Source: a virus | Taxonomy: Duplodnaviria; Caudoviricetes | Strand: one strand, 5' to 3' | Virus record (IMG/VR): IMGVR_UViG_3300025018_000454 | Location: 1-28,693 of that record | DNA length: 28,693 nt | Part shown: positions 25,036 to 28,693 of the stretch, one piece after another | How positions within the stretch are numbered: position 1 is the stretch's first letter | Layout: the number at the start of each line of letters is the position of its first letter | Notes under the pieces: generated by a model | Database searches by the model: none | Seen by the model: the letters and a program-made list of their open reading frames with translations, nothing else | What the model was told of the DNA's origin: nothing | Made by a program: the position numbers and the translations under genes

Positions 25036-25841
25036 TATTCTGTTTCCTTTACTTCTTCTGCCTTAACGGCATTGGCTTTCATGCGCTGCGTAATGTCCAG
25101 CGCATCGGCAAGCGGGTTAGTCCCTTCCGGGAACGGCAACGGTTCGATAATCCCAAGGCCATTCTTGCTGACACTTGCAGCAGTAGCATGGCACACAAAC
25201 TCGCGTTCGCCAGTGCTGATTACTTTCTTGCGGTCGCCTTCATCGCCACGCAAAGCAGACGCCAACCTCACGTATCCAACAAGGTCAACGTCATCTACAT
25301 AGTGCGGGATACCGCGTGGCATCATGCGCAGCGAATAACGCTGATAGTCGTCTGTGTCAGGCAAGCGCATAGTTTCAAGATCGGCATGGGCGATAAAGAT
25401 AATCGCCATGCCCTTTTTTTCGTTCAACATGCCAGCCGCCCTGCGGACGCGAGCATGTTGCGCGGCGACCGCAACAGCGCCGTTGCCATAGCCTCCTAAA
25501 GCCTGATTAATCCCCTTGGCGCGCCCGTCTTGCTGGAGGATTTCACGAATAAAAATCTCCTCCAGCTTCGTTACGGTGTCAATGACAAGAGTTAAATAGC
25601 TGTGATCCTCTTTGAGCAGCGCAATAAGCTGGTCAAACAGCGCGTCACTATCTGACACACAGGGGAATGCGTCGGGCATTTCGAGCTTTTTTGAAATGCG
25701 GCCTACGCCATCTTCGGCGCGAATAAAGATTGGTTTGGGAAAGGTTGCAGCAAGGCTTGTCTTGCCTGTTCCCGCATCGCCGCAAATCGTAATGATTGGC
25801 GGTCTTGGCGCTGGTGTGGAGATTGTCGCAAGGACACTCAT
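25035..25841 (-). CDS. AAA_24 / Sak4-like ATPase
   Basis: GDAGTGKTS Walker A, AEDG, LVIDT Walker B, GGYGNG, FIAHA. Confidence 0.88.
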   Translation of the reverse strand: MSVLATISTPAPRPPIITICGDAGTGKTSLAATFPKPIFIRAEDGVGRISKKLEMPDAFPCVSDSDALFDQLIALLKEDHSYLTLVIDTVTKLEEIFIREILQQDGRAKGINQALGGYGNGAVAVAAQHARVRRAAGMLNEKKGMAIIFIAHADLETMRLPDTDDYQRYSLRMMPRGIPHYVDDVDLVGYVRLASALRGDEGDRKKVISTGEREFVCHATAASVSKNGLGIIEPLPFPEGTNPLADALDITQRMKANAVKAEEVKETE

Positions 25842-25891
25842 ATTTTACCTCATTGGGTATCGCTGGCCGGGACAGCTAACAACACCGGACG

Positions 25892-25936
25892 GGCTTGACT
25901 TAAGCCGCCTAAAGCTGGATTGTCAAGCCAGCTTTA
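25892..25936. promoter_or_regulatory. Divergent promoter/operator region 2
   Basis: TTGACA on minus (25926-25921) lies inside inverted repeat TAAAGCTGG-N9-CCAGCTTTA (25910-25936); TTGACT on plus (25895-25900). Confidence 0.6.
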
Positions 25937-25952
25937 AATATAGGGTAAAATT

Positions 25953-26111
25953 ATGACCACGGAAGAAGCAAAAGAGCTGTTTGGCGGTTCTACGCGCAAA
26001 TTGTCAGATGCTTTAGGCATTACAGTGCAGGCCGTGCACCAGTGGGGCGGCACGGTTCCCGAATTGCGCGTCTATCAGATCAATAACGTATTGAGGGAAC
26101 GCGGCGAGTGA
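25953..26111 (+). CDS. P22 Cro-like HTH protein (52 aa)
   Basis: MTTEEAKELFGGSTRKLSDALGITVQAVHQWGGTVPELRVYQI; TGATG coupled to the primase; below the ORF-track cutoff. Confidence 0.85.
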   Translation: MTTEEAKELFGGSTRKLSDALGITVQAVHQWGGTVPELRVYQINNVLRERGE

Positions 26112-28060
26112 TGGCTAAAGATGTGGATACAGACTTCGCACCCTTGATGCAGGAAGTCGCCACACGCTTGCTAGGCAAGCCGACGCAAAAGCGCGGCAAT
26201 GAATTGCGCTATGGGCGGCAAGGCAGCCTATCCATAGACCTCAAGAAAGGCACGTTCTTTGACCATGAGGCTTGCGAAGGCGGCGGCGTGATCTATCTTA
26301 TTAAACGGGAACGCGGTTGCAAGGCATCCGACGCAATCAAATGGCTGCAATCGGAAGGTTTGCGCGAAAGCGCTCCCAACGTAATCGATCGATCATTGCG
26401 CGGCTTTTGGATCAATTCCAGCGGCAAGGATATCCGGATAACCAACGAGCCCGCCAAAGCGCACGGCATAAAGCTAAAGCCCGGTCAATCCATTGTCGCT
26501 ACATTCAACTACTTCGACGGGTCCGGCGCGCTGATATACCGCAGCCACCGCATAGAACCGGGCGACAACGGGGCCAAAAAAACCTTTCGCCAGGACAGGC
26601 CAGACGATAGCGGCGGCTGGATCAGCAACGCAGGCGAAACCCGCGTCCCCTATCGGTTGCCGGAATTGCTCGTTAGTGACGGCCCTGTCTATCTTGTCGA
26701 AGGCGAAGCGCAAGCAAACAAGCTGGCCAATTGGGGCTTAACCGCCACGTCCCTTAAAAACTGGTGCGAGGAATATTCCCAAATCATCGCCGGTCGCGTT
26801 GTTTATATCCTGCCAGACAATGACGCGCCCGGAAAAAAGCAAGCAGGCAAGGCTTGCGCTTTACTTGAGCAAGCGCAATGCCGCGTTATCGAGATAGCCC
26901 TGCCAGCGCTACCCGAAAAGGGCGACATTCTTGACTGGGAGGGCAACGCCGATGATTTGGCGGCGATTGTCGAGCGCGCTGGCACTCCTCTACCAGCCCT
27001 GCCCTTTGTCTGGTTTGACGACGCAAAGCCAAACCTTGACGCAAACGACTTTGTTGAAGGCTTGCTTACATCAGGTTCCATGAGTGTCATTTACGGGCCA
27101 TCAAACTGCGGCAAAACGTTTTTTGTGATTGATCTCGCTTTGCATGTGGCATGGGGCAGGGAATGGCGATCCAAAGCCGTGGACCAAGGCGCGGTGGTGT
27201 ATCTATCACTTGAAGGCGCGCAAGGCATCCAGAACCGGATGCGCGCTTTCAAGGAACACCACGATTGTGGCCCCTTGCCTTTCATAGCCATGCCTAAGCC
27301 CATCAATCTACTAAACGAAGACGCCGACGTTAACGCAGTAATCGAACTGGTGCGCTACATCGCAGCTGAAACCGGATTGCCCGTCCGCATGGTTATCGTG
27401 GACACGCTGTCCCGCGCAATGTCTGGCGGAAACGAAAACAGCAGCGAGGATATGACAGCCATAATTGGCAACTGCGACCGCATAAAGCACGAAACAGGCT
27501 CGCACGTTTGCATAGTGCATCACAGCGGAAAAGATGAGGCCAGAGGAGCTCGTGGCCATTCCAGCTTGCGCGCTGCGACCGATACCGAAATAGAATTAAA
27601 ACGCGATCCAGAGCTAACCCGCAGCGTGGTCAAGGTCGTCAAACAGCGCGATCTGGAAGCTGATGAACCTTTCGCCTTTACGCTGCAAAGCGTCGACCTA
27701 GGCACAAATCGGCGCGGCAAACCCGTCACTTCATGCGTCGTTCTGGAGCCTGATGAGACGGTTGAACTATCCCGCAGGGGCGGTCTTAGCCCGCAAGAAC
27801 AAGAGGCATTTGACGTGTTTTTGAGCCTTGCTCAAAGCGATGAATTTGACCCCGAAACAGGCGAAATCGGCTTGGTTACCAAGCCCGTTTTGCCCGCTGC
27901 ATGGAAAGATCAATTGGTAACCAAGGTAACCATAAAAGGTAACCACGAGGACAGCATTAAAGCACAGTTTTTCAAACTACGAAAGTCTCTGATAAAAAAG
28001 AATAAAATAGCAAAAATGGGCAATGCGCTTGTGCTATCGGTAACCATTGGTAACCAATAG
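26111..28060 (+). CDS. Primase-helicase (TOPRIM plus RecA-like AAA_25/RepA helicase)
   Basis: VEGE and PDND TOPRIM motifs, KGDILDW; GPSNCGKTF, IVDTLSR, VHHSGKD, RGHSSL. Confidence 0.92.
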   Translation: MAKDVDTDFAPLMQEVATRLLGKPTQKRGNELRYGRQGSLSIDLKKGTFFDHEACEGGGVIYLIKRERGCKASDAIKWLQSEGLRESAPNVIDRSLRGFWINSSGKDIRITNEPAKAHGIKLKPGQSIVATFNYFDGSGALIYRSHRIEPGDNGAKKTFRQDRPDDSGGWISNAGETRVPYRLPELLVSDGPVYLVEGEAQANKLANWGLTATSLKNWCEEYSQIIAGRVVYILPDNDAPGKKQAGKACALLEQAQCRVIEIALPALPEKGDILDWEGNADDLAAIVERAGTPLPALPFVWFDDAKPNLDANDFVEGLLTSGSMSVIYGPSNCGKTFFVIDLALHVAWGREWRSKAVDQGAVVYLSLEGAQGIQNRMRAFKEHHDCGPLPFIAMPKPINLLNEDADVNAVIELVRYIAAETGLPVRMVIVDTLSRAMSGGNENSSEDMTAIIGNCDRIKHETGSHVCIVHHSGKDEARGARGHSSLRAATDTEIELKRDPELTRSVVKVVKQRDLEADEPFAFTLQSVDLGTNRRGKPVTSCVVLEPDETVELSRRGGLSPQEQEAFDVFLSLAQSDEFDPETGEIGLVTKPVLPAAWKDQLVTKVTIKGNHEDSIKAQFFKLRKSLIKKNKIAKMGNALVLSVTIGNQ

Positions 28061-28140
28061 GTAACCAAGCGAGAAGGCATTGATGAAAATTGGTAACCAT
28101 TGGTAACCACACCCTATAGGGTGGTTACCTTGGTTACCAA
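27874..28140. repeat. GGTWACC iteron cluster, candidate replication origin
   Basis: 11 copies at 27874, 27916, 27925, 27938, 28039, 28049, 28060, 28092, 28102, 28123, 28132; palindrome CACCCTATAGGGTG at 28110-28123. Confidence 0.8.
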
Positions 28141-28242
28141 TCCAGCCCGGCAAGTGCAGAAGGAACGGAAAATGACGATTGGGGAAAAGGTATCGATGAC
28201 GGCTGCGATTGAGGCGCAAGTCTGGGGTGAGGCATATGCTGC

Positions 28243-28380
28243 GTGATTGCCGCACACCCAACCAGATACCCAGGCACGTTGCGAAATTATCCAAACAAGG
28301 TTATTGACAGCAAGCGCAAGGAAAAGGAAAAGCAGGCGCAGCTTAAACGGGATGCAAAGCGCAATGTCCTATCGGAGTAA
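28243..28380 (+). CDS. 45-aa basic hypothetical protein
   Basis: GTG start overlapping the stop of a 24-aa ORF (28172-28246); Lys/Arg-rich. Confidence 0.35.
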   Translation: MIAAHPTRYPGTLRNYPNKVIDSKRKEKEKQAQLKRDAKRNVLSE

Positions 28381-28648
28381 GGTGCAGTCATGGTATAACT
28401 CCAGACAATGGAAGGCCAATAGGCTTGCGCAACTAAGGGCAGAACCACTATGTTCCTACTGCGCAAAGCGGGACAAGATAACACCCGCTAGCGTTGCCGA
28501 TCACGTGATACCCCATAAGGGTGACGAAGGTATGTTTTGGCATGGCAAGCTGCAAAGCCTATGCAAGTTCTGTCACGATAGCGTGAAGGCCAGAGAAGAA
28601 TCAGGAAAAAATGTTTTGACATATGGCGCTGATGGGTGGCCAGTTTAA
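28364..28648 (+). CDS. HNH endonuclease (HK97 gp74-like terminase cofactor)
   Basis: WYNSRQW, EPLCSYC, VADHVIPHKGD, QSLCKFCHD, GADGWP. Confidence 0.92.
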   Translation: MSYRSKVQSWYNSRQWKANRLAQLRAEPLCSYCAKRDKITPASVADHVIPHKGDEGMFWHGKLQSLCKFCHDSVKAREESGKNVLTYGADGWPV

Positions 28649-28693
28649 TGAGGGGGGGGGTGGGTAAATCTTTGAGGGTGGGAGAGCGCATAG
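28649..28693 (+). other. cos-proximal region
   Basis: G-tract GGGGGGGGTGGGTAAATC after the HNH gene; the window start lies just upstream of terS. Confidence 0.55.

Noticed and set aside
1-28693. Genome-wide TGA reassignment
   Set aside because: Many core genes end in TGA with ATGA overlaps at the expected lengths

Overview
The window looks like an essentially complete, unusually compact (28.7 kb) HK97-like siphophage genome, probably from an alphaproteobacterial host (inferred from a GcrA-like HTH protein, an alphaproteobacterial-type Cro and the tail gene style). It runs from terS at the left end to an HNH nuclease and a cos-like G-tract at the right end. Bases 45-18129 (+) hold the packaging, head, tail (with a lambda-type GGGAAAG -1 frameshift), tailspike and lysis genes. 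A small nucleotide-metabolism module follows, then two divergent Cro-headed early regions, a YqaJ/SSB/AAA recombination module, a primase-helicase and a GGTWACC iteron cluster (candidate origin). I found no integrase, CI repressor, tRNA or CRISPR array. The most notable features are: several apparent deletion scars (dNMP kinase N-terminus fused head-on to a convergent gene, helicase N-terminus joined out of frame to a methyltransferase C-terminus, collapsed translationally coupled mini-ORFs); one in-frame TGA splitting an HTH-metallophosphoesterase gene; and a three-hairpin RNA-like element with anti-Shine-Dalgarno loops downstream of cro. Family assignments come from motif recognition and synteny, not database searches.
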